Below are positions 30,900 through 48,655 of a stretch of 64,000 nt of DNA, in pieces (positions within the stretch are counted from its first letter, which is position 1; each line of letters starts with the position of its first letter). The DNA comes from Antechinus flavipes (Eukaryota). The DNA lies in contig NC_067398.1 in NCBI RefSeq assembly GCF_016432865.1, positions 725,772,001 through 725,836,000 on the forward strand. Reading direction: 5' to 3'. Under the pieces are notes generated by a model that worked only from the letters and a program-made list of their open reading frames with translations, ran no database searches and was not told where the DNA came from. Both the position numbers and the translations under genes were made by a program.

Positions 30900-31560
30900 C
30901 TGCCGCTTATCCCGGCCGGGATTCTGGGGCAGGAGACGGCTCCCTCCGCCAAGAAACGGAGTCTGGGAAGAAGGCTGCAGAACCCAGGAGATAGGGATGG
31001 AGAGCGGGAGGGAGCAGGAGCATGCGCACAACGCCTGCCGCCACCGGGAAGGGGAGGGAAGTGGGGGGGAGAGGGGCAAAGCCTGGGAATGATTCGCATT
31101 AGCGCCTCGGCCGCGATACTACATTTCCCAGAAGGCTTTGGACGTCCGCGGACTCTTCCCTTCTACGTTCGGTCGGTCCGCCGGTCTTTTTTCCACGTGG
31201 CCGCGTTCCCAGACTCCGCTGCCCTCAGCGGCCCCGCAGGCGGAGGCGCGTGCTGCGCACCCTGGTCCGGGTGAGTGGGAACCGGAAGCGGGCGTCGGGT
31301 TGGGAGGGCGCAGCCGGCGAAGATAGGCAGCAGCACGGGCGAAGGACTTAACTTCTCAGGAACTAGGGAAAAGTTCCAGCGCTGGGCGGAGAGTCCGGCG
31401 CGTGCGCAATGCTCCTCTGCGCCCATTGGTCATACTTGGGGGAGCGGTGAAGGCCTCGAGCCAATCGCTTCGCTCCGGACGCACCCCGCCCTGGGATGGG
31501 GCACTAACCAGGCTCCTCGCTGGCAGGTGCTGCGCTGGGGGGGAGGGGATGGCGGTAAGT
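30900..31560 (+). promoter_or_regulatory. CpG-island promoter and non-coding exon 1 of gene C
   Basis: GCATGCGCA (NRF1-like) near 31020, ACTACATTTCCCAGAA at 31118, CCGG|GTGAGT donor at 31271, ATTGG 31425 / CCAAT 31461. Confidence 0.8.
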
Positions 31561-32356
31561 GGAGCCGCGCCTCGGGACGGCACCGGAGGCACAACGGGCA
31601 CTTTAGGGGGCGTCAGCCTGACCCCACCTGGCCCGAAGGAGAGCAGGGACAGGGCTGACTAAGCGCGGGGGCACAGAGAAGGCCCGTGCGGTCCCGGGCT
31701 CCTCATCCGGACAGGGGTCCGCAGCGCTCCGGAGGAGCCCGAGGCTTAGCGGCCTCGAGGGGGAAGGGGAGGGTGGGGAGCAGGAGTCGGGGGTGGGGAA
31801 GCCGAGGCTAAGATGGTGCCCGCGGGCAGAGGCGCTGTGGGGGGGGGGCCCTGCATGTCCCGGAGCAGAACGCCGTGACCCCCCCCCAGAAGTGCGGGCC
31901 GGAGGCAGTCGGGGGCAGCCCTTCCCGAGACACTCCGGCAGGGGGCAGAGTCAGACCGGCCGAAGAAGGGGAGCTGGGCCGGACACCCCCAGTCAGACCG
32001 TGAGGGCCAGGCCTCCGGGGGTTCTGTCCCCCTCTCTGTCCTTCGCAGGCCCTTGCCAATAAAGGGCCCCGGCACCCCGAGCCTGCCCGAGGGACCTGGG
32101 CTGCCCCCTTTCTCCCCGAGCCTCTTCCTTGGGAGCGGGCCCGAAGTGCCCCTTCTCCAAGCGCTCTCTCCAAGGACCCTGGGAGCTCCTAGAGGAACTG
32201 CCCTTCCCCCTTCTTCCCCAGCACGGCGTGTGGGCTTCCCCAATGGGCCTCAGCAGGGAGGCCCGGAAGGGCTTTGGGGGTGTCCGGGGCTGCTGCTCAG
32301 CTTCCCTTCTCCTCCTCAGCTCCACTTCCCAAGGGCCCTCCGCCCTCGCCTGGGGG

Positions 32357-38072
<5,716 letters not shown>

Positions 38073-38189
38073 ACTAAATTGGGAAGTTCTGTCCATAGGA
38101 GTTAGTTTACTCTCCATCCATGTTATGTATAATGATATAATGGCAGACAACTTACTTTCACATGTATATATAAAACAATTATTCACATC

Positions 38190-38960
38190 AATGCTTTCTT
38201 TACCTCAGGGCATTCTTACTGGAGAAAAGCCCCGTGAAAGTGGAAAGTGCAAACAAAGCACACAATTCATAGTGGAAAGAAACATCAACATAATAGTTAT
38301 GCTAAGCACTTTTGAGAAAATAAAAAATGAAATGAGGAGTAGAGTATTGGGTAGAAGATTTATCAGTGTGTTCAGTATGGAAAAGCTTTCCAAAAGAATT
38401 TTTCAACCCTGAATATCAGAGGAAATTTTCTTAAAAGTAATGAATAAAGAGGTCTTCAAGCAGAGTGTAAAATTTCATCCACATCAGGAGATTCACGATG
38501 AAAAAACATCATGAAAGTTGACGACCTTCTTCAAGAATCAACTTCCTTAGCCTTAGAAAGGGGAAAACTATCAACATGGTGATGATGAAAAGGCCATTTG
38601 AGAGAGCAAAGATCTTAATGAATATCAGGAAATTCATAAGAGAGAGAAAACTTATTATTATATTGAATATGGGAAGACCTTTATCGGAGTTCAAAACATA
38701 TTCAACATCAGAAAATTCACAGTAGAGGAAAAAATGATCCTTGCAATATGGGAAACTTTCCACCACACCTCTCATTTTAAACATCAGACAATGTTGTTTT
38801 CAGATGAGAAACTTCATTAGTATAATGAATTTAGGAAGACTTTTTTCTCAGAAATCACAATTTTTCTTGATCCACCTCCTCTCCCCCCCAAAAAACTCAT
38901 AATGAATAAAATTAATGTCTTCATTGTGAGAAATACTTTCTTCAGAAGCAAAAGTGTTAA
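38190..38960 (+). pseudogene. Degenerate zinc-finger tail in the 3' UTR of gene C
   Basis: ACTGGAGAAAAGCCC, AAATTCATAAGAGAGAGAAAACTTAT, GAATATGGGAAGACCTTT and CAACATCAGAAAATTCAC remnants with no open frame. Confidence 0.7.
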
Positions 38961-39019
38961 AATGTCGGAAATCTGGAAAATCTTTTATAGACTATAAAGG
39001 AAATAAAATTACTGGGGAA

Positions 39020-39230
39020 ATGGCAGCTAGATGATACAGTAGATAGAGCACAGGGCTTGGAGTCAGGAAGGCTTGAGTTCAAATCTAGCCTGAGACACTT
39101 AATAGCTATGTGATCAGAGCAAGTCATTTAACTCAAGTTTGCCTATTTCTTTCAGCTGTAAAATGGAGATAATAGCAAGATCTGCCTCCTGGAGTTATTA
39201 AATAAATCAAGTGAGACATTATGTATAGAG
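39020..39230 (+). mobile_element. MIR
   Basis: GGAGTCAGGAAGGCTTGAGTTCAAATC...CTGTAAAATGGAGATAATA. Confidence 0.85.
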
Positions 39231-40844
39231 TTCTTTATAAACCTTAAAATGTTACATAAATGATAGCTATCATTATCAATGCTGCATATGACAAGAAGAG
39301 ACCAATAAAAAGCTATGATACTTTATGCAGATAAGTTAATTAAATGAAAATAGTTATTTAGCAAGTTTAGATACTTGTATTGATGTTGGATATTAATGTC
39401 TAACAGTAGTTAATTTTAAAAGTCCCTACATGGACTTGGAGGGCACCTCCATTGCTTGCTTTCATTTTATGGATGAGGGAAGGAGAGGCCAGAAAAGTTA
39501 GGATTCACACCCAAGACTTCAGAATTCAAAACCAAATTGTCTTTCCTTACCCCATAGTAGGGAAGTGCCTTTATCTTAGGGGTACACAAAAAGTTTGTTT
39601 GCTATTTTCTTACTCTCATTTACACGTTTTTAAAACAAACCACATATCTAGGCTTTAAGATTTTGACTTCTCAGCTGGAGCTCTGATCTCATCCTGGTCA
39701 GATCATTCCCTAGTTTGTTTCCACCCAGACACTACAATGCTCTCTGGTCTGCCTGCCTCCAGATACCTTTGCCACTGCTGCCCGAATGGTTTCCAGAAAT
39801 TTGGGTCAGATCATGGTACCATACATGTCTCAGCCAACTCTACTGGTGCTCTCCTGCTTTGAAGACCAAATACAGACTTTTCCACTTGACATTTAGACCT
39901 CCACAACCTAGCCCATTCCTGCTTTTTTAATTCTCCTTATCCTTCAATCCCCTCCACCATACTGGCCTACTTACTGTTCCACATATAGGATTCCCACATT
40001 TGTATTTATTTCTGGAATGTATTCCCTTTTCATCTCCAGTTCCTGAAGTTCCTGATTTCTGTCAAGACTCTGCTCAAATAATCTGTTTCTTCTGGACTCT
40101 CAGATAATTTCTCTTGCTTCATCCTAAGAAGTCATCTTGTATTGATTTCATATTTTCTACATGTTAATGTTTTCTCCTCATCTAGAATGTAAGCTCCTTG
40201 AGGACAGAATTGCTTTCTTTTTTCTCTCCCTAGCACTTGAGTATCTTGTGCATAGTAAGCACTTTAAAAATTGCTTATTGATTGATAGCAATGGAACAGA
40301 GAATGACAGGTAATTTAATTGCTTTTCTCTTGCATGCACTATGCAACCAGCCCATTCTTATTTTTGCTGATCTGTTGCTTTCATGCTATCTTGTATTCCA
40401 ATTTTTCTTTTAATTCCTTGATTTCAATATGTAGCAATCTTTTCATGGCTACCACATAATTCTCCTGCCCCCTGGGAATTTTTCCTGTTACCCATTCTTC
40501 CTCTTTCATTGAAATGGCCAAATGTCCACGTATTTGTTGATTTAGTTTGAAGTCTTACTCTGTTCTTAGAACTTTCATCATCTTTTCTAAGAAATGATAC
40601 ATAAGCTGCCATTATCCTTGTATCCTCTTCTCACAAATGTATTTATTGTAAGCATTACAAGATGAGATGACCAAAGTCCTATGTGAGCCACTATTTCTGA
40701 TTGCTTGGGCACAGGATAAAATCAACTCCCATCAGTGTCTTTATATGCATCTAAGGAGAACCTATGAGCCATCTTCCCATTGAGTAGAACCTTCTGCCAG
40801 TTTTATGTATCATAAAAATATCAACACTGGTAGAATTCACTTTT

Positions 40845-41780
40845 TTTTTAAGTTTTAAAAACATTTTTTCTAAATATATACAAAGATAATTTTCAACATT
40901 CACTTTTTCAAGACCTTGTATTAAAATTTTTTCTCTCTCTTTCTCCCCTAGGCAGCAAACAATCTGATATAGGTTAAACATGCAGTTCTTCTAAACATTT
41001 CCATACTCATCATACTGAATAGAAAAAAAAAAAATCAGGTCAAAAAGAAATACAAGGGGGGGGGGGCAGGGAGCATACAAGGACAACAAGAACAACAACA
41101 AAAAAAAGTGAAGATACTGTGCTTTGATCCACATTCAGTCTCCATAGTTCTCTCTCTGGATGTAGATGGTACTTTCCATCATAAGTCTTGAAATAATCTT
41201 GAATCATCTCATTGTTGAAGAACCAAGTCTTCATCATCACATAAACTTGTTGCTGCATTAATATTCTCTTGGTTCTGCTCACTTCAGTCAACATCAGTTC
41301 CTGTAAATCTCTTCAGGCCTCTCTGAAATCAGACTGCTCATCATTTCTTACAGAACAGTTACTATTCCATTACGTTCATATATCATAACTTGTTCAGCCA
41401 TTCCCCAACTGATGGGCATCCACTCCATTTCCAGTTCAATGCCACCACAAAAAGGGCCGGCCCAAACATTTTGCACATGAGGGTCCTTTTTCTTTTATGA
41501 TTTCTTTGGGATATGGGTCCAGTAGAAACATCTAGATCAAAGGCATAGTTCCAAATTGCTCTCCAGAATGGCTGGATCATTTCACAACTCTACCAACAAC
41601 AATGCATTAATATTGCAGTTTCCCCACGTCTTCAACGTTTGTCATTATTTTTTCCTGTCATCTTAGCCAATCTGATAGATGCGAGGGAGATATCAATCAT
41701 TTTAATTTGCAGTTCTCTAATCAATAGTGATTTAGTGCATTTTTTCATATGACTGTAGATCACTTTAATTTCTTATATTA
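40845..41780 (-). mobile_element. LINE-1 ORF2 end and 3' UTR
   Basis: Minus ORF IQPFWRAIWNYA...ALFVVA.NWK.SGCPSVGEWLNKL, typical of the L1 ORF2 C-terminus. Confidence 0.88.
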
Positions 41781-42150
41781 TAGGCCTATAAATGTACCCA
41801 GTTTTCCACCTTATTCCCCAAACTCTCCCTAGTTCCATCCCTGAGACTCCTTGTCCCACTGAACCAGCTGCCTCCACACTGACAGCTGGTCCTTCAGATT
41901 TCATGTTCCCAAGCCCACCTTTACTTGCTGCAGTCACGGCTCCCATCTGCTGATCGCTCCTCAGTCTGCTTGGCTGAGTCACCATCCCAGGTGTGGGAGT
42001 CCTCCAGGGGTCCGTCCTGGGCCCCCTTCTCCCTCTATTTTGTTTCACTTGGAAATCAGCTACTCCAGGGGTTTCAGCTTCTGCCGCGGATCACTTACAT
42101 CGCTATTAATCACATTGTGCTGTCCCGGATGCTTTGTCTTGACCTCAATG
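41780..42150 (+). mobile_element. L2 ORF2 reverse-transcriptase fragment
   Basis: Reads GVLQGSVLGPLLSLY...; GCGGATCAC lies at the YADD position. Confidence 0.75.
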
Positions 42151-43209
42151 TCCAGCACATTGTCCTCCAGGTCCCCCCTCCCAGATTCCTGCTAACGTGG
42201 GTCACGCCCTCCTCTCGGGGATCCGGAATCACATCCCACGGGTCACACCTCGTCTGGACCCGTTGATTTTTCCCCTCGTACAGCTCTTGAACAAGCCCCC
42301 TCCTCGGAAGGACCCTTGTTTCCATTCCCGGACTAAATGGCGGCTGTTAGCTGGTGCATCTCTGCAGCAGGTCTCTGCCCATCCCGGTCTCACCTCTCAA
42401 TCTTCCCCACGCAGACCTGACCATTTCCCCCTTATGCACTAAACCCCAGCTTGTGTCCCCTCCGAGATCAAGTACCCGCCGACTCCGACTCCATGATTCG
42501 CCGACTCTCTTCCCTTCCTAGCTGGCATTCTCGCCGCTGTCCCCTCCCTGGGAAGGTCTTTACGCAGAGACGGCCCCAGCTTCCTCAGACCCCGGTCTTC
42601 TGCGAGAAGCCTCCTCGGCCCCCGCCTTCCTGCGGTTATCTCCGCGTTTTCCCGCACTAAGCTCGTTTGCAGTGTCTCAGTCCCGTAAACGCGTATTTCT
42701 CACTCCGGGCGCCGGGCCAAGCCCACGGCTCAATTCCTGACATCTTCAAAGTGCGGATTCTTTCCCAGCTGTCTATCCCTGTCTGCGGACTGGCACAGAG
42801 TAGATGCTGCTACAGGCTGACTGTCCTCTCCCGCCGGGCAAGCTAAGACATCTGTCCACACACTTCCCAAGCTTGGAGGGAGGAAAGCCTGAAGGAAGGA
42901 AGCAAAAGGGAGGAAGTCCGTCCCACTGTGGGATCTTAGACAGACAGTAGTGATTAAACAGTCTCCCTCCCAGACTCTGCTAAACCTTGGGGATGAGCAG
43001 CAGACAAGATGGTTCTAATGGGGAAAAGCAAGATGGAGATGGAGGAGAAGCAGCCCTTGGAAGTCAGGAAGGGCCCGAAGGTATCCTGGGCAAGACCGGT
43101 CAGAAGCTTCTCTGTTAAGGCCAGAGGCTCTTGTACTGGAGGAGGGGGCTGTGCGGAGCCCGCTGGCAAGGACCTTAGTAAGTAAAGCCGGATCTTCAGG
43201 GGACAAACT

Positions 43210-43420
43210 GTTCCCCACATATGCCATTTGATAAGTCAGTTGAACCAGTGTAAATTTTTTTGTATCGTTTCTTATTAAATGTAATCGTATTGGATTCAGC
43301 CCTGTTTTCTATCTTGTCAAGATCTTCTCGCATCCCATTATCCGTGGTGTGAGCTATGTATCCCACTAGTCATCTGCAGCTCGTATTAGCTTCCATTTGT
43401 AATTCCTCCTGTTTGATAAC
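43210..43420 (-). mobile_element. CR1/L3 RT fragment
   Basis: Minus strand reads EDLDKIENRAESNTITFNKKRYK, preceded by GCAGATGAC (ADD-like). Confidence 0.7.
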
Positions 43421-43641
43421 TGCCTTCAAGCCAGAAGGTAGGGCAGCAGAAATCTGAGTTAGACTAGTATCTTCCACAATTGTCACTTTATGACCTGATT
43501 GTTAAAGATCGTGCCACTTAAAAAGTTAACCATAGATCTTATGCTCCCGTAGCTGCGGGTGAGGGATGTATTCTTAGCCAGCAGAGACAAAAATAGAAAT
43601 CATTTTGATTGTATGAAGTGGAAAAGCTGCTCAATGTATTT

Positions 43642-43895
43642 GGGCAGCAGGTGACACAATGAATGGCGCCCCAGGCTTGGGATCAGCAAGACTTGTTTCT
43701 CTGAGTTCAAATCTGGTCTCAGATAGTTATTAGCTGAATAATGCTGGGAAAGCCAGTTAATTTCTCTTTGCCTCAGTTTCCTCATCTGTAAAATGAAGTA
43801 GAGAAGGAAATGGCAAATGACACCAGTATAAGTGGCGAGAAAACCCAAATAGATTCATAGTTGGATGTGACTAAAAATGATTGAATAACAAATCA
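43642..43895 (+). mobile_element. Mar1/MIR3-like SINE
   Basis: MIR core CCTCAGTTTCCTCATCTGTAAAATG plus AAGGAAATGGCAAA tail. Confidence 0.85.
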
Positions 43896-43899
43896 ATGC

Positions 43900-45300
43900 A
43901 TTTAGTTATGAAGGGAAGCCGTTGAATGGAGGAAAATCTTTGTATCAAATATCTTGAATAAGAATTTTGTATCCAAAACACAATGTGAATACACACATAC
44001 GTACATACATATATACACACAAATATACGTACACACATATATACATACATGTAAATGTACACACAGGTAGGGTGTGTGTATGTGTGTGTATAAAAGAAAA
44101 ATCTGTTTCCTGATAAATGGTCAAAGAATATATAAAAAGAATAACAAACTAATAACCACATTGGGTGCTCCAAGTCACTACTAATAAAGAAAAATAAACC
44201 TCAAAACAACTCAGAAGTTTCACTTTACCCCCCTAAAAATTGCATTTGTATAACTATTTTAGAAAGTAATTTGGAATTATGCAATTAAAGTGACTGAAAT
44301 ATCAATATTCTTTGACCCAGAGATTCCACTATTTGGTATAAACCCCCAAGGAAGTCAATGTTAAAAAGAAATTTCCAGACACCAGAATATTAAAACCAAT
44401 TTTTGTTAAAGAACTATAGAGAATAGCTAAACAAGTTGGCCATGAATTCAATGAAATATTACTGTAAGAAACTATGGATATGATAAATACAGAGAAGGAA
44501 GACTTAAATGAACTGATACAAAGTGAAGTAAACAAACTAGAAAACAATTCATACAACTACAACAATGGAAATGGAAATAATCACAAAAGTTAAATGTTAC
44601 AAAAATAACCAAAACAAAAGATAATCACATCACATAAGAAGACATATTCCTCACTCTTTTTGCAGAAGTAGGAGGTCCATGGTTGTGAAATATTGTATGT
44701 TTTAGAGATTTTGTGATACATTGATAAGTTTTGCTGATTTTTTTTATTTTTAAAAATATTATGTGGGATGGCTTTCTGGGTAAGAGAAGAGAGATAATAC
44801 TGGAGAGAATGTAAGCAATTCATTTTTAAATAGGGTCAACTTATAGAGAATCTCAGGGGAAATCTTCCAAACTTACATTGAATTATTAATGTCTGATCTC
44901 AAAGAATAGCAATTTAAACATTTAAAAGTTCCAATGTCATCTAGCCCTAATTTGTCCATATTTTCTACAGGAATAATGAAAGTCTCTGTCAAATGTACCA
45001 CCAAAATCTAGGTGAAAATAGATCAAAGGACAGAAAAAAAAATACAGTTATCCAAAAATAGAACTACAGTGTCTGAGACACCAGAACCCCCTTCCCAACA
45101 AACAAACAAACAAAACTATGTGAAAACAAAGTAGTTGCCTGTTGACTTGGGATATCCAACACAAATTGCATATGCTGGTTGCACATTAATGACATATTAC
45201 TCAATTGTAAGAAAATAGATACAAAGAAATCATAAAGGAGGAAGACTTGAACTGATGTAGAGGGAAGTAAGCAGAACAAAGTATATATAGAAATCACTAC
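43900..45300 (+). mobile_element. Old LINE-1 ORF2/3' fragments
   Basis: TTCTTTGACCCAGAGATTCCACTATT, AGTGAAGTAAACAAA, A-rich strand bias. Confidence 0.65.
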
Positions 45301-45419
45301 AAAATTAAATTAAATGCCACGTGATTATGATGATCAAGTTTGACCCCCTCTCCCCCTCTACTGGTTCCTTCCCTGTCACCTGTAAACATAGCTGTCTCCT
45401 CGACTCTCCCCTCCCTGCG

Positions 45420-45857
45420 TATAATGTTCTTCTCTAAAATATATTGTTCTCTGGGAACAGGTTTCTTGGGGGGCTTCTGGAGGCAGCCTTAGTTTCAGTT
45501 CAAAGTAATAATCACCTCAAATGCAGCCAGGAGTTAAAAGTCCAAATCCTTTGTCTCCTTTAAAATAGCCCGGTTAGCTTTCTTAGAGGTTCTGAGAGCT
45601 CCTGCTGCTAGTCCTTTGTCTCTTCCAGCTTCAGCTTCTAGCTCCTTCGGAATCTCTCCAGCCAGCACAGGGGTGGAAAATGGAATGAATCTGTCTCCGC
45701 CTCCGAGAGTGGGCTTGCCCTTTGTGGGCTCCTCCTTCTATATGCTCTTAAAGGTGTGAATCTTGTGGAACATCTAGAGAACTGTTAAGTACCAGGCTAA
45801 ATTAGATAATTGTCTCAGTCAATTCCAGTGACTGAGCACCCTGTAAGAATCCTAACA
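45420..45857 (-). mobile_element. Solo LTR (438 bp) inserted in an L2 fragment; a 6-bp TSD suggests a class II/beta-like ERV
   Basis: Identical CCTGCG at 45414-45419 and 45858-45863; termini TA...CA (TG...CA with one change); orientation tentative. Confidence 0.8.
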
Positions 45858-45869
45858 CCTGCGAAATAG

Positions 45870-46700
45870 CCTATCTCTCCTCTACTCATATTCCTTGAAA
45901 AACATACATACCCTCTGCATCTCCCTTGTGTCAGCTTTTGTGAATTTCTCCCTCTGTAATTGCGCCTCATGTCTATTTGAATGAAACTCTTCTCCAAATT
46001 AGCAATGACTTCTTAACAGCCTGAGTGGCCTTTTTCTCATTCTTCCTCCTTCAGCATTTGGCACTCCTGGATTCTGTATTCCCTCGATTCTCTCACTTGA
46101 TCGCACGACTCTGTCTCTGTCTCTTTTGCCTTGTTCTGTGCCATATCCATGAGCCCTGGCTTTGTCCTAGGCCCTATATAAGCCATATAAAGTGCTTTCT
46201 CACCCGCTGATCCCAGGGGTCTCAATTACTGATACACACTCTCTTTTCCAATCCCACATCACTCTCCATCGCAAGTTTTGGTCTGTTCCACAGGCATCTC
46301 AAATTCATTCTAAAACAATTCCTCTTTCCACAAGAGCCACACTTGGGAAATTCTCATCCCTGAGACACCACCTCAGAGTCACCCCTGAATCCAGTTACTC
46401 ACCTCACCCGGCCCATTCACTCCCAATCTGGTCGGTTCTCCCCAACTTCTTTCAGACATGTTCCCTTCTCTCCACGGCAGCAACCCTTGGAAAGGCTCCT
46501 ATCAGCTCTTACATAGACAACGGCAATAGCTTATTGTTCCCTTCCCTTCCCCTACCTTCAGCCTGTAAACCTGCACCTCTGCCCATGTCCAGTCACCTCA
46601 CACACACCATCTCTGTGCCTTCGCACTACTTTTCCCCATGACTAGGATGCTTTACCTCCTGAAATCCCTGGCTTCCTGCAAGACTCATCTTAAAGTCCAG
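45870..46700 (+). mobile_element. L2 fragment (its left part 45340-45419 lies before the LTR)
   Basis: GAAACTCTTCTCCAAATTAGCAATGACTTCTT (ETALSKVTNDLL-like) and L2 3' region. Confidence 0.7.
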
Positions 46701-47099
46701 TTTCTGTGGGAGTCCCCCCCCCTCCGGCTGCCGGGCTTTCCATCTATACACGATGCAGGTTGTGTCCACCCGCCGGCAGTCTTCCTCCACTGGGAGGTAA
46801 GTTTCCTGGGGGAGCTGCTTCCCCCCTCTCCAGGCTGCAGCCCCCCCCCTCAGGGCTTGCTCCCCGCCCCCCCCCCCCCCCCCCCCGCCTTTCTCCCCCA
46901 CAGCCACCCTTCATTTTGTCCCGGCTCATTGAAAAGTGGCCTTTCTTCTTGGGTTTGCAGCAGTTGGCCCAGTGCCCGGCATACCAGAAGCACTTAATAA
47001 ATGCACGGTGACTGACTACGGGTAGGGGCTGTTTTGGGGAGCTTCATCTCCTTCACACACTATCTGGCATATATTGGGTGCTTAATCAATTCACGTGGA

Positions 47100-48100
47100 T
47101 TGGTTTGAAGAGGAGAGAAATTGCTCGGAGCTTGGCGCCACTGCACTTTTTCTTAATCTTCCCTACGAGAGGTGCCGGCCAAGCCCAGCCGAGCCTGCGC
47201 ACGGCCGGGCACACAGTAGGCACTTCATGTTTGCGGGCTGCCGGCGTTTGGCCCTTCTCCCCACGGGGGGGGGGGGGCTCAGCTCCCTCCGCTTCGCAGT
47301 CCCTGTGGTCCCGGCCGGCCCCTCCCTTCTTGCCCGGGACCCCCTGCACAGTGCCCGTAAACAGGCGGCACTCCGTAAATGCGCGCTGGCCCGTCCTGGT
47401 CGGTGTTCGGAGACCCGTCTGCATTTCCTCCTCCCCGCGCAGGCTCCGCCCCCCCAAGTGCCCATAACCTCGAAGCCAGGGACCGGCTTCCTCGGACACT
47501 TCTTCAGTAGAAAAAGTAAAGCATGATGCTGGGCATGCGCCCCGCCCCCCACCTCTGAACTACACTTCCCAGGAGTCTTTCCTTTCAACGTTGCCAAGCG
47601 CAGTTCTCATGGAAACGGAGACGCCAATCCAAGAACTCGAAGATTCTTTCTGAGATTGGAAACTCGAATTGAGGAGGCGGGCCAAAGTGGGGGCCCATGT
47701 CGTCACTTCCGCTTCACCTTCGCCATCCTCGTCCCGCTAGTGCTCGCCTCGGGTCTGCTCCGTCCTCAGCCGCTGCCGCCGCCACCAGGGTCCGACCCCT
47801 GCGTCCTGGGCTGGGGTGAGTCAGGCCCCAAGTCTGAGTAGGCGGGACTCCCGGAGCCTAGTTTCGGACCCTCGGGGAGCAGGGCGGGGAAGGATTTTAG
47901 CCTGGAGTAAACTGCGCCTGCGCAATTCACTTTGCCTTTCCAGTAGGAGCCACGCCCTCTCAGTGAGCGGGTGTTCCCATTGGTCAGCCTCTGGGGGCGC
48001 GACCTGAGAGCCAATCAGCGGCGCCTCTGTTCCTTCGCCCCTCCCTGCGCGTGGCTTTCTTCGCTCTGCCCTTTTGAGCTTTGTCCCTGTTTGAGCGGGA
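47100..48100 (+). promoter_or_regulatory. CpG-island promoter and non-coding exon 1 of gene D
   Basis: GCATGCGC at 47533, ACTACACTTCCCAG at 47559, X-box-like GTTCTCATGGAAAC at 47603, CACTTCCGC near 47705, donor at 47816, ATTGG 47979 / CCAAT 48011. Confidence 0.8.
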
Positions 48101-48380
48101 GAATGCGGGTCCCTGATCTTGACCTCGGCCTCTGTCTGATGAGGACAGAACCCTGCCCCCCCCCCCGGGGGCACTCCCCTCCTTGCACTCTAGGGCGGCG
48201 CTGTCTGTGACCCCGCCCACACCTGGGGGTCCATTCTGGGAGAAGGGGCCCGAGGGTCCCCCAAGACAGCGGGGATCCCCTGGAGGGGCCCCTCCCCTTC
48301 CTCCCCCGCCCTTCACCAGGCTCCTGGGCAGTGCCAGCGGGGGTCCCAGAGTACTAGGGCTAAGTCTGGCTGGTGAAGCC

Positions 48381-48655
48381 GCGGTGTGTGCGGGTGTCGG
48401 GGGTGTGGGGTGNNNNNNNNNNNNNNNNNNNNNNNNNNNNNNNNNNNNNNNNNNNNNNNNNNNNNNNNNNNNNNNNNNNNNNNNNNNNNNNNNNNNNNNN
48501 NNNNNNNNNNNNNNNNNNNNNNNNNNNNNNNNNNNNNNNNNNTGCGGGTGTGTGTGCGGGTGTGTGCGGGTGTGTGTGCGGGTGTGGGGGGTGTGCGGGT
48601 GTGTGTGCGGGTGTGTGCGGGTGTGGGGTGTGTGTGCGGGTGTGGTATGTGCCGC
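48381..48655. repeat. (GCGGGTGTGT)n-type repeat containing a 130-N assembly gap (48413-48542)
   Basis: Direct reading. Confidence 0.95.

Noticed and set aside
39020-39110. tRNA-like A/B boxes
   Set aside because: These are the tRNA-derived heads of MIR-family SINEs, not tRNA genes
42093-42098. Perfect minus-strand donor GTAAGT
   Set aside because: It lies within the L2 RT fragment at the YADD-equivalent position; no associated exon evidence
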